A DNA stretch of 64,000 bases, from NCBI GenBank assembly GCA_905178155.1, contig CAJINV010000002.1, forward strand, positions 11,596,591 to 11,660,590, given 5' to 3'. The translations under genes were made by a program, and so were the position numbers. The stretch comes from Amoebophrya sp. A120. Lineage: Eukaryota > Protista > Dinoflagellata. The notes under the pieces are model-generated. The model did not search any database. It worked only from the letters and a program-made list of their open reading frames with translations, and was not told the origin of the DNA. Below, piece after piece: positions 1-11,951 of this stretch (positions within the stretch are counted from its first letter, which is position 1; each line of letters begins with the position of its first letter).

Positions 1-2063
1 GTACCTGCCCCTGATCGTCGACTTGAAGCACTCGACGTAATCGTTAATGAGACCCCACACGAGCTGGATTTGCTCGCGTTCTTCCAGGGGCACGCCCTCG
101 CCGAGCTCGTCCAACCGCGTTTGCACGGTCCGCATGCGCTGCTGGATTTCGGACTTGATGTCGGGGAGAAAATGCCGAATGTGCTTGAACAAAATCTTTG
201 TCAGCTTCTCGATCAGGGTGGGAATCCCAGTCATGCCCGGCGGGAGTCGCGAATAGCGCGGGTGCTCCGCGAACCAGGACTTTTCGGTGGAAAGCGCGGC
301 CTGAAATGTTTCATTTGGTACAAATCAATTGGCAATCCTCAAGCCTGTTCCGTTACAGATGGCGACGCGCTTTTGCTATGCTGTAATGGCCACCCCGCAT
401 TCATAACCAAAAGAAGTATTTACTTCTATCTACATATCTCCTCCTACATCCACATAGGGTTAGGAAGGGGAGACTCAGCGCCAAAGCTGCACCATGATCT
501 ATCACGGCGTACCTTTATTTTTTTCTTGTTTGCGATGTCTTGTTGCGACCTGAGCTTGACCCCGACGTATCCGAGCATTAGTGGCACTTCCTCGCCTTTC
601 AGCATCTTGACAGCATCGGTACCTCTGTCCATGATGTCAATCTTCGTTATCACACCAATGGTTCGCAGGCCCTGCGGGTCAACGACCTTAGCCATCTGAA
701 GCGAGTCCGCGTTTACGACATCCTGGTTTGCAGGAAGCACGGCGAGAATGATGGTTTTCTGATTGCTTATGTACCTGGTGTCATGTTTATGTTGCCAGTT
801 GATGAAGGTGGGAGGGTGAGAACATCAAAACAATAGGCATCGCGCTTCGTAGTGAGTGGTGCCGCAAGTAGTAAATAAAGGGAGGTAGAACTGCAAATAG
901 ATGCACGTAGCTGCTGCAACTCAAGACCAACGCGTGCGGTAGGAGTAGGTACCTCATGGTCATGTCTTTCGTTATTTTCTCGATGTCCTCGTTTTGGTCG
1001 GACCCTTTCATGGGCACCAGAGTGATACCAGGTAAATCGATTAAGGTCAAGTCGGGTGCGTTGGTCGCGTGAATTTCCAGCTTGATCGGATCATCCACAA
1101 TGGCCTTGTTTTTACCTGAAGAAAGTTGAGGTAGGCTAAATCTTCATGCATGCCCTTCTAGAAGAAGATAAAGAAACCTTATTTCTAATCAGCGCCGAGT
1201 AAAAAATCTCCGAAAGAATTCCAGCTCGCGTCGATGCTGCACAGCCGTCCTTTAAAATTATATTCATCCGGCGCACTGCCATCACATCAGAGCAACTGCA
1301 AGCAAGTACCTGCAATCAAGTCGGTCTCCTTTTCAATCTCCTCCCTGACTTGGTCGAAGTTTGTGAATTTCTTTTTTGTGCGCTCGAAAATTGCGTATGC
1401 CGTCTCGCCCGGGTAATCCTGCGGGTTCAGGTGCTTCATGCGCAGCTCCAACGGCCGTCGTGTGCACAGCCCGTCGCCCCGCGGGAGAAAATCGAAGCCC
1501 GCAATCGACTCTGTGAAATGAAAATGTCGTAATCTGATGAGAACCAAAAGCAGAAGAAGGGCAGCAGCACTACAAATTGATGTTCTCATGGTTCGTTCGC
1601 GAGTGAGTGTCCGGCGCCCGATCAAAAATCATGACAAAAATTCATCTTGCTGCGTACGGAACAAACGGACAAAATTGGCAAAATCAATGCCGAACGTCAC
1701 TCGGTCTGCCCTGACTTTGACCATGAACGGCGCCTGTCTACACATGATCTTCAACGGCGACATCACCTCTACAGTAAGTAACGAGCTCGAGGTACCTATG
1801 ACACTGGACTTTCCGCTGGACTGGGATCCGATGGCGACGATGCGCGGGAGGTCAATATACTGTTGGAGGCCCACATCCCGAAGGTCGTCCACGACCTGAA
1901 TCAGCTGTTTCAGATTGTCGTACAACTGCGGCGCAGCTTCCGTCGAGGAAGACGACGAGGAAGTTCGGGGAGCCGCCGCCGGCGCATCGAAACCTAGGAC
2001 GTCCTTGGAGGCGCCCGAGGAGACGCCGTTTGGCGTGGGGCCAAACAAATCGAGATCCGGCAT
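1..2063 (-). CDS. Dynamin-related GTPase, alveolate DrpB/DYN1-like; multi-exon, 3' end beyond window
   Basis: Motifs LPRIVAIGSQSSGKSSV, FLPRGDGLCTRRPLEL, LTLIDLPGIT and TIGVITKID. Exons 2063-1796, 1510-1310, 1115-953, 774-513 and 300-~1 join in frame across GT-AG introns. Confidence 0.93.
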
Positions 2064-2881
2064 GTTGGTCCGGCCAGCCATGCACGCCGAGGTTTGGTCG
2101 CCGGGTCGATGCCTGAAGCTCGCCAGAGCTACTGCGGTCACCGACTTAAGAACGTGCTATCCGGATCATAAACTTAGGACTTTCAGAAGCATCTATTCAT
2201 GTGCTAGAAAACCCATTTGATTTCGTAAAAGTAGAGATGAAAATACTCGCCGCTACCGATTGAAAAAATACATGTGGTCCATGACGCAAAAAAGGAGCTG
2301 AAGATGTTGAAGTCTATTACTGGCAGCTATTTCCCAAGTGAGACTGAGGACCACGGTCGTGGCTCACTGACTAGACTTACGTTTTCCAGAATAGGTTTCG
2401 TTCGTCCTTTATCCACAAGGAAGATGATCGTAATTTCCGTATCTTTGTGTGCTATTTCGAGACTTCTGCAGAGCCAGAGAGGAGCTGAACACTAATTTCG
2501 TTTTGGTCAGTTGCGCATTTTGCCATGCGGTTAGTGCTGTGCTGCATGCTCCGCAGTGGCACACATGATGTTGTTGCACGTCTGAGTTGTACATAGTATT
2601 ATCATACAGAAAGAGAAATGTGAAATGTGTAACGGGAATAATCGATTGGACTTCTACTGGAAGCAGAACGACATTATGGGGTATTTTCTTGTGCAGCTGC
2701 AGGGTGATAGATTTTTACCATAACTGAAAAGTCGACTTTGATTGCTTCTGTAACTACTCTACTACATTCATGATCTATGAGTTGAAATTGGGTGAAGATT
2801 GCTTCAGAAACTCTGCAAAAAAACGATGAGTATCCACGTAAAACAAAGTAAAGACGGCAATGCGAAAGCGCTTTTTGCCAT

Positions 2882-5764
2882 TCATCGAACATGCGCCCGA
2901 TTCACATTACGCGTCTGTGGTCTTGCCGCCATCCGGCGAAGCATCTCTCTCCTCCGCTGGCTCATCTGTCGCCGCAACCGGATCCACCGAGCCAGAGTTG
3001 CTTCCAGTGGCATTTGAACTGTCTCCTGCCCCAGTCGCCTCGCCACCGAGATCTTCATGTTTCCCGCAGAGCCCCCTGCTAGTTCTTCGTCTGTATGGAC
3101 GTCCTGGATGGGACTCGCCTCGGGCACCAAAGGATGCGCCGGGTCCATGTCCAGGCCGAGGGCCTTCCACCGGTTGGTGTCATCGCAAAATGCGTCCAGG
3201 TCGAGCGGGTACTGGGGAGCAGGGAAGTCGTTCTTATTCGTGTAGTGGCTGCAAAACTGCGGGACATAACCGAGCATTGCTCTGTACTTACAGCACGTCA
3301 CCCGCTTGTGCACGTGCGACATGCGATCCGTCTCGCGCGGGCCGGCCATCAAGGACTTCTCGGTACTCAGACCGGTGCAGTACTGCTTCTGTGTACACCC
3401 ACCGCGCACACATTCGGCCAACCCGTTGCGCACCAGGTCCTGCCACTTCCAACAGCACCGCAATTCGCTGCCCGATTCCATGTGCTCCGTGAACGAAGCA
3501 GCAGCCTCGTCCTGCTCGTCGACTTTTGCCAAGTTTGTAGATGAAGCCTGCTCATCTCCTTCTCCGGAAAAGGCTCCCGGAGATATATTGTTCCCAGGTG
3601 CATTTTCATCATCTCCTGCTCTGGCGGAGCTGTCTTTTGCACTTCCACCTTCAAGACCTGTTTTTTGCACTGCTACGAACTCCGCAGAAGTGGTGTTACT
3701 CTTACTTGCGGGAGCTGCTGCGCTTGTAACGCCGTTTGATGCTTCGAAGCTGTCGCCCGCGCCAACACTCGCTTTCGTAAACTCGTCGAACTTCGTGGGG
3801 TCGTGCTCCCATCCGCAGTTCGGCGATTTGGCCAGAATCCGGCGGTCTATGAACGTGTCATACTCGTCTGTGATGCCAAACATCGCGTGCGACAGTTCGT
3901 GCGCGAGCAGCGCAGCGCGGAACGATGCGGTTTCCGAGGTCCGCGCGGACATGATCATCATGTTGCGGCCCCACTCGCCCCAGCCGTACTGCTTTCCGTT
4001 CAGCACGACCAGGTCGTCGTAGGTCATGTATACCTGGACGGAAAAAGTGATGTGCTTCATCGTGGGGAGGTCCCCTCGGCACAGTTCGTAGGCGTGCCTG
4101 GCCAGCGGCTCCCAGTCGGTGCACTTGACCGGAAACCCGTCCGCCGCACCCACCGCTTTCAGTGCGTTGGGCAGCGTGGCGGTGTGGTAGCAGTCGGTGC
4201 TGCGCACGCTGTGGTACTCGGACTTCCGGGGCCAGTGGTTCACCCGCCACACGTTGAAAAACTCGTTGCCCAGCGAGGAGAAGGGCGGGAACAGTTCCTC
4301 CATTCGCCCCACCATTTCCGAGGTGTAATCTCGCCACGCACGCAGCCCGGTCTCGTCCTCCTGGGGAGCGGGGGGAGCGGCCGGAGGGGCGGGGGGTAGA
4401 TCTGGGGCGGTGCTGTCTCTGGTGGACGTCGCTGCCGGAAGAAACATCTTCGCACCCGCGCTGCTGCGCTCATGTAGTCCTGCATCTGCTCTCTCAACAT
4501 CACCGGCGTTCCACGACGATCCTGTACGAGCCGATCCTGTACGAGCTTCTTCGTCATTCCCCTCCTCCACCGTCAGTGCAGAACCCCCGGTGCCGCGGTG
4601 TTGCCCTGCTCCTCCCGCATCCGTCTCTCCGTGACGATGGAAAGAGGTCGCATCTTGTTCCCCATGACTCCGGAAAGCAGCAACAGAGCCTCCAGCTGGT
4701 TGTTCGCGGGTTTGCAAGGTCGTGGTCGCGCTCGCATCGCGCGGCTCTGACTCCTTCACCGTCTGTCGTGAAGCTCGTGTTCCGGGCAGCTGCTCACCCT
4801 GGGTACTACTAGGCGGCCTCGGGGGGAACGGCCTCGGGGGTTCCGGAGGTCCTCCTTCGGAGGAGGCATCATCATCAGAATTCGCTCGGCCCACACCGGT
4901 TCCCGGCCACCCGAAGGGGATTAGAATGACGTTGAACCGATTCGGAGTTCTTGCGAGTTCCTCAGCTGTGGGGTTCCAGTTGGGCGCTATGCGCTTGCAG
5001 TCGACTGGGTTCGGAGTCATGCTGTCAACATCGACTGCGCTGCCCAACTGGCCTCGGCCAAGCTGCTCAGAGCCACTGGCGGCAAGAAGGTTCTGCTCTT
5101 CCGCCCCGCTGCCGCCGCCCGGAGGAGAATTGCTGGGAGGCGGCAATTTATTCGCCTCCGCCAGAGCGGCTTGCTGCTCCTCCTGTGCGGCTTTCCAGGC
5201 CGCTTGTTGTTCGTTTCTGGGCGCTTCAAACTCTTGTGCTTGCCTAGATTCGGCCGGAACCGCCTTCCGCAGAGCGCCCTTCTGCGCTATCTTGGCTACG
5301 TTTCCCATGGTAGGAAGACACGCTTCCTTCTTCTTCTCTAAGAACACGCGAGCTAACTTTGACTTAGGGATGGCTCTTCGCGTTGTCCTCCTCTTAGCAG
5401 GCGCCGCGTCTTCTGGAGCGGACGGTAGCGAAGTCTTCCGTCTGCTGCGCTCCCCGCCAATCTTCAAAAAGCTCTGTCGCCGTTGAATCGGCCTCGCTTG
5501 CAGCCCAGTATTGAGGGGCCGCAGTGAAGAGCTGCTAGTTGCAACAGATGGAATCTCGAGCCGGGCATTCCTGGGCCTTTGGTCTTGCTTCGCGATTCCA
5601 TCTCGTTCGGATGTCTGGATCTGGTGCGATTCCGACGAGTGCGTCGAAACGTCGAGCGTCCGCGTCGCGCTTTGCTTCGCGGACCGCTGAGCGGACGGAA
5701 GCATGATTCCCAGCACGGCAAGCGCCTGCAGTGCCGGGGCGCGAATCAATGCTGCGCGCAGCAT
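2882..5764 (-). CDS. Putative secreted zinc metallopeptidase, M64 (IgA peptidase)-like, paralog 1, intronless
   Basis: Long ORF. Hydrophobic N-terminus from ATG 5764 (MLRAALIRAPALQALAVLGIML). Motif LAHELSHAMFGITDEY (HExxH...DEY) and a Cys-rich C-terminus. Confidence 0.75.
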   Translation of the reverse strand: MLRAALIRAPALQALAVLGIMLPSAQRSAKQSATRTLDVSTHSSESHQIQTSERDGIAKQDQRPRNARLEIPSVATSSSSLRPLNTGLQARPIQRRQSFLKIGGERSRRKTSLPSAPEDAAPAKRRTTRRAIPKSKLARVFLEKKKEACLPTMGNVAKIAQKGALRKAVPAESRQAQEFEAPRNEQQAAWKAAQEEQQAALAEANKLPPPSNSPPGGGSGAEEQNLLAASGSEQLGRGQLGSAVDVDSMTPNPVDCKRIAPNWNPTAEELARTPNRFNVILIPFGWPGTGVGRANSDDDASSEGGPPEPPRPFPPRPPSSTQGEQLPGTRASRQTVKESEPRDASATTTLQTREQPAGGSVAAFRSHGEQDATSFHRHGETDAGGAGQHRGTGGSALTVEEGNDEEARTGSARTGSSWNAGDVERADAGLHERSSAGAKMFLPAATSTRDSTAPDLPPAPPAAPPAPQEDETGLRAWRDYTSEMVGRMEELFPPFSSLGNEFFNVWRVNHWPRKSEYHSVRSTDCYHTATLPNALKAVGAADGFPVKCTDWEPLARHAYELCRGDLPTMKHITFSVQVYMTYDDLVVLNGKQYGWGEWGRNMMIMSARTSETASFRAALLAHELSHAMFGITDEYDTFIDRRILAKSPNCGWEHDPTKFDEFTKASVGAGDSFEASNGVTSAAAPASKSNTTSAEFVAVQKTGLEGGSAKDSSARAGDDENAPGNNISPGAFSGEGDEQASSTNLAKVDEQDEAAASFTEHMESGSELRCCWKWQDLVRNGLAECVRGGCTQKQYCTGLSTEKSLMAGPRETDRMSHVHKRVTCCKYRAMLGYVPQFCSHYTNKNDFPAPQYPLDLDAFCDDTNRWKALGLDMDPAHPLVPEASPIQDVHTDEELAGGSAGNMKISVARRLGQETVQMPLEATLARWIRLRRQMSQRRREMLRRMAARPQTRNVNRAHVR

Positions 5765-6740
5765 ACTGATGTTGAAAACTTCGAAAAGTACTATGTGTGT
5801 AACGCAAAAACGCAAAATAAAAACCAGATATGCGAGCACACGGGTGGGAAAGTCAAATGGTGGAACAAGAACATGTTTTTCCTGAAAACGAAGTGGAAGC
5901 AAAACCAATGACAAGGATCAACGCTTGGTCGTGTAAAACGATCACGACGAGCAACGATGTTGCAAGTGGGAACGAAGTCATGTACTCAGTAGTAAAACGA
6001 GCTGCCAGTGGAAGAACGACAAGTGCACGAGTGCGCTTTAACGACAAAACTGCATCCACAAACAACTATGGCTTCGGCACGACAGAACGATAATGACGCG
6101 GACGATTTGGTTTGGTTTTCGTACGTATACGAAGCTGGTGAAGATATCTATTTTGACGCATTTCTCTTTTGTTTGAGATTTGTCTTGCGTGTTGCCGTCT
6201 CCAACACAAAAAAAAAGTGAAAGACTCGCGAGCGCGAGCCCAGAGGGGACTATACAAGCAAAAGCACAAGCCTGAACTTTCCATAAACTTTCCAGAATTT
6301 CTTTGAAGCTTTTCCTACCTTGTTCGAAGTACGAACAAACGAAATAGCAGGCCGCTATCGAGGTCGGAGGGAGAGGGCTATCATATTGCTGATCAAACAT
6401 ATTAGATCCAATCTGGCTCGTCTGCTACTGCTTTGAAGTATGGGATATACATAGAATTACAATTCGAAGAAACGCTTTACGTCCTGATAGAGCAAAGAAA
6501 GAATTGCGTGCGTGAGCGGGAAAAATCCTCCCAAAAATGTTGTGTAATCCTAGAAGGTAAACATATATGCAGTGGTGAGAATCACCTCTGCACACCAGAT
6601 AACCAGCCACCACCAACTTTAGCTGGAAGAAAAAAAGAGAATAAACTTCTCAAAACGCCTAACACTTGAATTGTCTTTATGCTAACCTCGTCTGACACTC
6701 TGAATTGTACTTTCGTGTTTTTGTGAAGTGCCTACTTTGT

Positions 6741-9596
6741 CTAGGCTTCCGCAGCTTCTCCCCTTGTGTAGTTATTTCCCGTCCCCACCACAAGCCCACC
6801 GGTACGGCCTTGTGCTCCGCCCCCACTCGCCTCGACCCGGTACTCGGGATGTTTCGGGTCCAGGTTCAACATCAAAGCTTGCCATTTGGAACCATCGGCG
6901 CAAAAAGCATTCAGATCCAGCCCCAGCGAAGGCTGATTGTATTTATCGCAGTATCCTGGTAGGTGTTTCAACATGGTGAGGTACTTGCAGCAGGTGACGC
7001 GAAGCTGAACATGCGACAGGCTGTCATCCTTCCGCGGCCCGGCCATCAGGGACTTCTCGGGGCTCATTCCGACACAATACTGCTTGTCGATCCCGCAACC
7101 CGGCTCACACGTGGCCATGTCATTCGCGATCAGATCTTCCCATTTCCAACAGCATGCCGGAGTCGTGGAGCTGTAGCTAGCCCAGGAGATTCCCTGGCGC
7201 CAGGTCTGTCCGTCGCTCCATGACATGCCTTTAGGAATCCCGCAATTCGGCGACTTAGGCAGCTCGCCTTCGTCAGTATGCAGATGCGAAACGGTCAGCG
7301 TCAAGCCGGACGAATGCAAGCCCGTAGAAGAGACCCCGCGTGCGCGTAAACAGCACCGGGCGTTTGGCTACTAACTTATTCAGAGGACCCTTTAGAAATA
7401 CATCAAGCGTGGTTTGATGCGAAATGGAAATCACTTATTTTATAGCAGAGTAGAGCATCTGACTTGCCTAAACTCTAAATCACTCAGTACGAGTACGCAG
7501 TCAGAAATTACAATCGATGCATGCTTGTGCGTGCATGCAGATTTTACTTACGTTTGCAGAATATGCTCTCGGGTAGCCGCGGCAGCAGGTAGACTTGACA
7601 ACTCACCCATTTCACGGAGATACTATGAAATTCGCACGTTGTACTCGTCTGTGAGGCCAAAGAGCGCGTGCGACAGTTCGTGCGCGAGCAAAGCGCCCCG
7701 GAACTCCGGGCTCTCATTCGTCCGCGCGCTCATGATCAGAAAATTCTTGTGCCAGCTGCCCCATCCCCATTGCTGCCCTCGTAAAGCAGCGTCATCGTCG
7801 GCGCTCATGTAGACTTGCATTGTGATGGTCATGTGCTTCATCGTGTCCAAATCCCCCCGGCACAGCTCGTAGGCATGTTTCGTCAGTGCCGCCCAATCGG
7901 TGCAATGAATAGCAAACCACTCGTCGCCGGCTCGCGCTTGGTCCGGTACGATGTCTCTGTGATAGCAGTCGGCGTTCCTGACGTCTTCGTATTGGGAAAA
8001 GCGAGGCCAGTGATTCACACGCCATACGTTGAAGTACGGGTTGACGACGGTGGAAAACGGCGCAAACAATTTCACCATACTCTCCACCGTTGCTTCCGTG
8101 TGTTTTATCCACTCCTTTGTCCCGTCCACGCCCTCCGCCCACCACTCCGTCGATGGGCCCTCAAGCTCCTCGTCACCGCCGGCGTCGTCATGATCGCCGC
8201 CGGTCTCGTCCGATCCACCATTGAGTACCGCTTCTGGCCAAGGAACACCACCAGGGAAACCCATTGGTCCCTCGGGTGACTCGCCCTCCTCCATTCCAGG
8301 TATGAACGGCCAGCCCGTGGTGTTTGTTTCGTTGTCCGCACCAGAGCGCCTGCTGTTCGTTTCGTTGTCCGCAGAGCGCGTTCTACTTGTTTCGTTGTCC
8401 ACCGGAGAGCGTGTGCTATTTGTTTCGTTGTCCGCAACAAGCAGGGGTACTTCTGAAGGATGATCAAGCACTCCTTGTTGGGCCCCTTTGCCTTCACGAA
8501 GGAGATCCAGGCCATTTTGAGTTTCATCTGCCCCGCCAAGAACATCCTCGTCTGCTACATCTGCGAAGGACGAGTTCTCCAATTCCACAACCAAATCCTT
8601 CCTAATCCTATTTCTATTCCTACGTGCGCCACGCAGTAGTAGTTTCCTCTCACCCTCCTCGTACTTCTCGTTATTAGTTTTATTTGCCCCCTTCCTTTTG
8701 CGGCGCAAAGCCGGTGGTAGTTCTTCGGCCTCAACCTGAAGCATCTTGTTGTTCCCGCCCCCGTTCCGCTCCGCCCAGTCCTTCTTCCACTTATCGATCG
8801 GATTAAGGCTCTTGTCGCGCTGTATCATGTCCTTCACTCCCGCAATCAAACCTGCATTTTGTCGGGCCGTCCTCACGTCCATTCTCTTCGGTGCATTGAG
8901 GTTGATCGTTTTCGAAGAGGAGGCTTCGTGGCCAGCCGATAAATTCTTCTCGTCTTCTGAGGCGGGCCACCCGAATGGTACCAAGATAATGTTGAAGCGA
9001 TTCGGGTTTTTTTCGAGTTCTTCCGCTGTCGGATTACCATCGGGCGCGATCCGCGTGCAGTCGGCTGGGTTTGGCGCATTGGTGTAGTCGTCACTAGCGA
9101 CCGGAGGTGGCGGGACTGGCATTGATGACGCATACTTGCTGCGCTCTTCTTCAATCTTTTGCCGCGCGGCCCATTCATTCACTTTGGCGTCAACGTATTC
9201 CTGAGCACCTTGCTCGTCGCGCCGGATGGCCGGAACCGCCGCTTTAGCGACGTTTGCTTGTGCGGCCACCGCCACATCGCTCATCGTCGGGAGACACGTT
9301 TCTTTCCTTCTTTCCAACAGGGCGCGACCAAGCGGACGGGACTTCGCTGCCACCCCTTTTGGCTTTCCGGCGGTGCTGCGCCCGAGCAAGTCTTTTCGCA
9401 ATAACGACCTCTCCAACACTTCCGGATGTCTCCTCGCTTTTGTTTCAGTTGTCGGGTTTGACGGCGCTCTTTCCGCCGTGCCTTCCTGAGCTCCTGTGGA
9501 TCTGCTTTTTTTGCGTCGCAGCATGGCATCAGTTGGCAACGAGGCAACTAAAAGCCAAAAATTGGCTACATACCTGAGATGGTACCTCCGTCGCAT
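6741..9596 (-). CDS. Putative secreted M64-like metallopeptidase, paralog 2, two exons
   Basis: LAHELSHALFGLTDEY in ORF 7623-9653. The C-terminal part (KSPNCG, CCWKWEDL, EKSLMAGPR, RVTCCKY) is in ORF 6741-7319 and is colinear with paralog 1. Intron at about 7283-7636. Confidence 0.75.
8320..8436 (-). repeat. Four ~30-bp coding repeats (DNET units)
   Basis: GTTTCGTTGTCC recurs at 30-bp spacing and encodes ADNETNS/VDNETSR. Confidence 0.8.
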
Positions 9597-10589
9597 ACTG
9601 ACGCACGAATGCGCTTGCGCAAGAATGTGTGCGTTTGTTCCAGCACCGTCCATTACGACATATTGGTCATCAGCATCGAAGCACTTTAGCGAATTTCAGT
9701 ATCGGTTCATTTAAGGCAACCTTTAAGAATACACAACGCGTGGTCTGTTGTACTTGTAACGTTTCCTGTAACTGGAAACTGAAGCTTGCTAGCAGTTTTA
9801 TCTTTGTCTTTGGATCCGCATCTATCACGTTGGACTCTACATCCGTCGAAGATTGGGAAACCTTTTCTTATACATAGTTAGGGGTAGCAATTTATTAAGA
9901 ATCTTGCAAGGGAGCTCTTCCACGGAAATGCTGGTACTCTTACTAATCACTGGAACTACTCTTCATCATGAGTAAGACATTTGCGGACACAACAAAAATG
10001 AATTTGTGTGGCGTGTTTGGCTTTGGGTAAGTACGAATACGATGTGGGACAAGGTTGACGACTTGAAATTGTACGACGGAAGTAGAAGTTGTGCTCGCGA
10101 TTTATTTTCCTTGGTCGTACGACAACGCTTTGAAGTGGCAGTATCTTTTTCTGCGCGAAGATAACCATGCGCGACAAAAACAAAAGAGACGACAACGAAG
10201 CAGTTTCCTCAGACGAGGCTCGAAAACTACGTAACCGCTTAACGAAAATGAAGCAACGCACGAAACTGAAGTGTGACGGTGAACACTGTGACGAGCACGA
10301 TCTACATTTCACGAGAGCCTTGCTGAAGACAAGTCTTCTATTATGTGAAATTCGGTCGAATCGGCCAAATCGCATGCACTCAAGACAGAAGGAATCAGCT
10401 TCACTCGAAGCGTGGCAGCGCAGAACAAGCAGAAGATAATACCAAGTGGGAGGCAGTCGCTCGGTTGTTTCATTTGAGAAGAAAAGCAAGATGTTCACAA
10501 TCAAGCTAGTTCGGTTCGGAGGCTTGAGCCAACCGACCAGGAGAAGGAATTGCTCATCAGTCTCATCATGTGCACGTTGTTCGTAGCTA

Positions 10590-10700
10590 GCTGACGACGT
10601 CACTTTCTCAACGACAACGATCCCGACGAGTTCTACGAAAGTCACGGCATCAACTTCGTCCCTTTAGCTAAATTCGTTATTTCATAATGACGAATTTCAC
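10590..10700. repeat. Dispersed ~105-bp repeat, copy 1
   Basis: GCTGACGACGTCACTTTCTCAACGACAACGATCCCGACGAGTTCTACGAAAGTCACGGCATCAACTTC...ATGACGAATTTCACA; near-identical copy at 14066-14169. Confidence 0.9.
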
Positions 10701-10986
10701 AGAGAACCAGCAGGAGGAAAGCGAAAAAGATGCTGAGCTTCGGTCTTCGGAGAACAAGAACGAACACCGTTCCGCCCGCGACCGCGCGCCCCATCCAATT
10801 TTTATTTGATCGCGATTCGCGAAGTTGTAGCTTCATCCAATGAAGTAATCATACACAGAAGAATTCTCTTCAAACGACCATCATCTGCTTGCTTTTTCTC
10901 GTCCAAAATTCCGCATTTTATTTTCCGGAATAAGAAGTACCGGCTTCATATAATGTATAAGTGCGGGATGATTTTGATCATGCTCA

Positions 10987-11140
10987 TCGTACATGATTTC
11001 ATACCGATGAAAGCGCATGCTTTTTCCCAAAAAGTAGAACGTCGCACATTTTCAAAACAGCATCGTCGTACATGATTTAATAGCGATGAAAGAGCATGCT
11101 TTTTCCCAAAAAGGAGAACGTCGCACATTTTCAAAACAGA
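10987..11140. repeat. Two-copy ~79-bp tandem repeat
   Basis: TCGTACATGATTT...GAACGTCGCACATTTTCAAAACAG is present twice. Confidence 0.85.
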
Positions 11141-11175
11141 ATCGGAAAAATAGATCAATAAAGTTGGAAAGTGCT

Positions 11176-11574
11176 TTCTTATCAAGATCAACCCTTTGCT
11201 CGCCTCTTATGGCCTGCGAGTAACTGCCTGACATATACAGCTAATAAATCCTGAGAGTAAGTCCTTTGCGAAAGCTTGAGGGAGCTTAGGCACTACAACA
11301 AGACCAAACACCACCCGTTTTAGCGGTGAACGACCAAGCGTAGGGAGTCGCACAGTATGAATGAATCCGAAAACTCACTGCTGCTGCGCTTCAGATAAGC
11401 ATCACACTACCACCTCATCCGTGTGAGCGGATCAACCTCCAAAGAGCCGCCAGTGCTGAACAACCCGCCTTACGTGCTCAACCTGACGTCAAACCGGATC
11501 CAAGAACCACAGCGCTACCAAGAGTCTAACTGACTCTCGAACCGCCGGAGTTCAAGAATTCTTATCAAGATCAA
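11176..11574. mobile_element. Possible ~367-bp non-coding insertion flanked by a 16-bp direct repeat
   Basis: TTCTTATCAAGATCAA at 11176-11191 and 11559-11574. Confidence 0.4.
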
Positions 11575-11951
11575 GAATTAAAGGTACAACCTCAATAAAT
11601 CGATCGATCTTCGAGCTCCGTGTGCTCCACAATTCTGCACCAATAAGGCGCAAAAGCCGACGTGCGTCACGCTCACCGGAAAAAAAAAGAAACAAAGCAG
11701 AGAGGTAGCCGCGAGCGGCTTTAGAAGAGCGTAGAACTACTATACTAGCACACCGAAGGACAGTAGCTTACGCTGCCCGTGTGTCAACAAATCCCGACCC
11801 CGAGCTGTAGACTGTGCCTTTACCAAGATGGGTTCAGTAAACCAACCTCCCTGTATACTTTGCCCCGGAGTCCGCACCATTAAGAAAATAGTTCTTCACT
11901 TCTCACGCCAATCAACGTCGGTAAAAAGCCACAACAAGGTGGTCGTCAGAA

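Noticed and set aside
9553-9569. Resemblance to the dinoflagellate spliced leader (GTAGCCAATTTTTGGCT on the minus strand)
   Set aside because: It needs two indels, lacks the CAAG end and lies within signal-peptide codons, so it is probably chance.
9956-10645. 229-aa minus ORF and 90-aa plus ORF
   Set aside because: No motifs, and the longer ORF begins inside the dispersed repeat.
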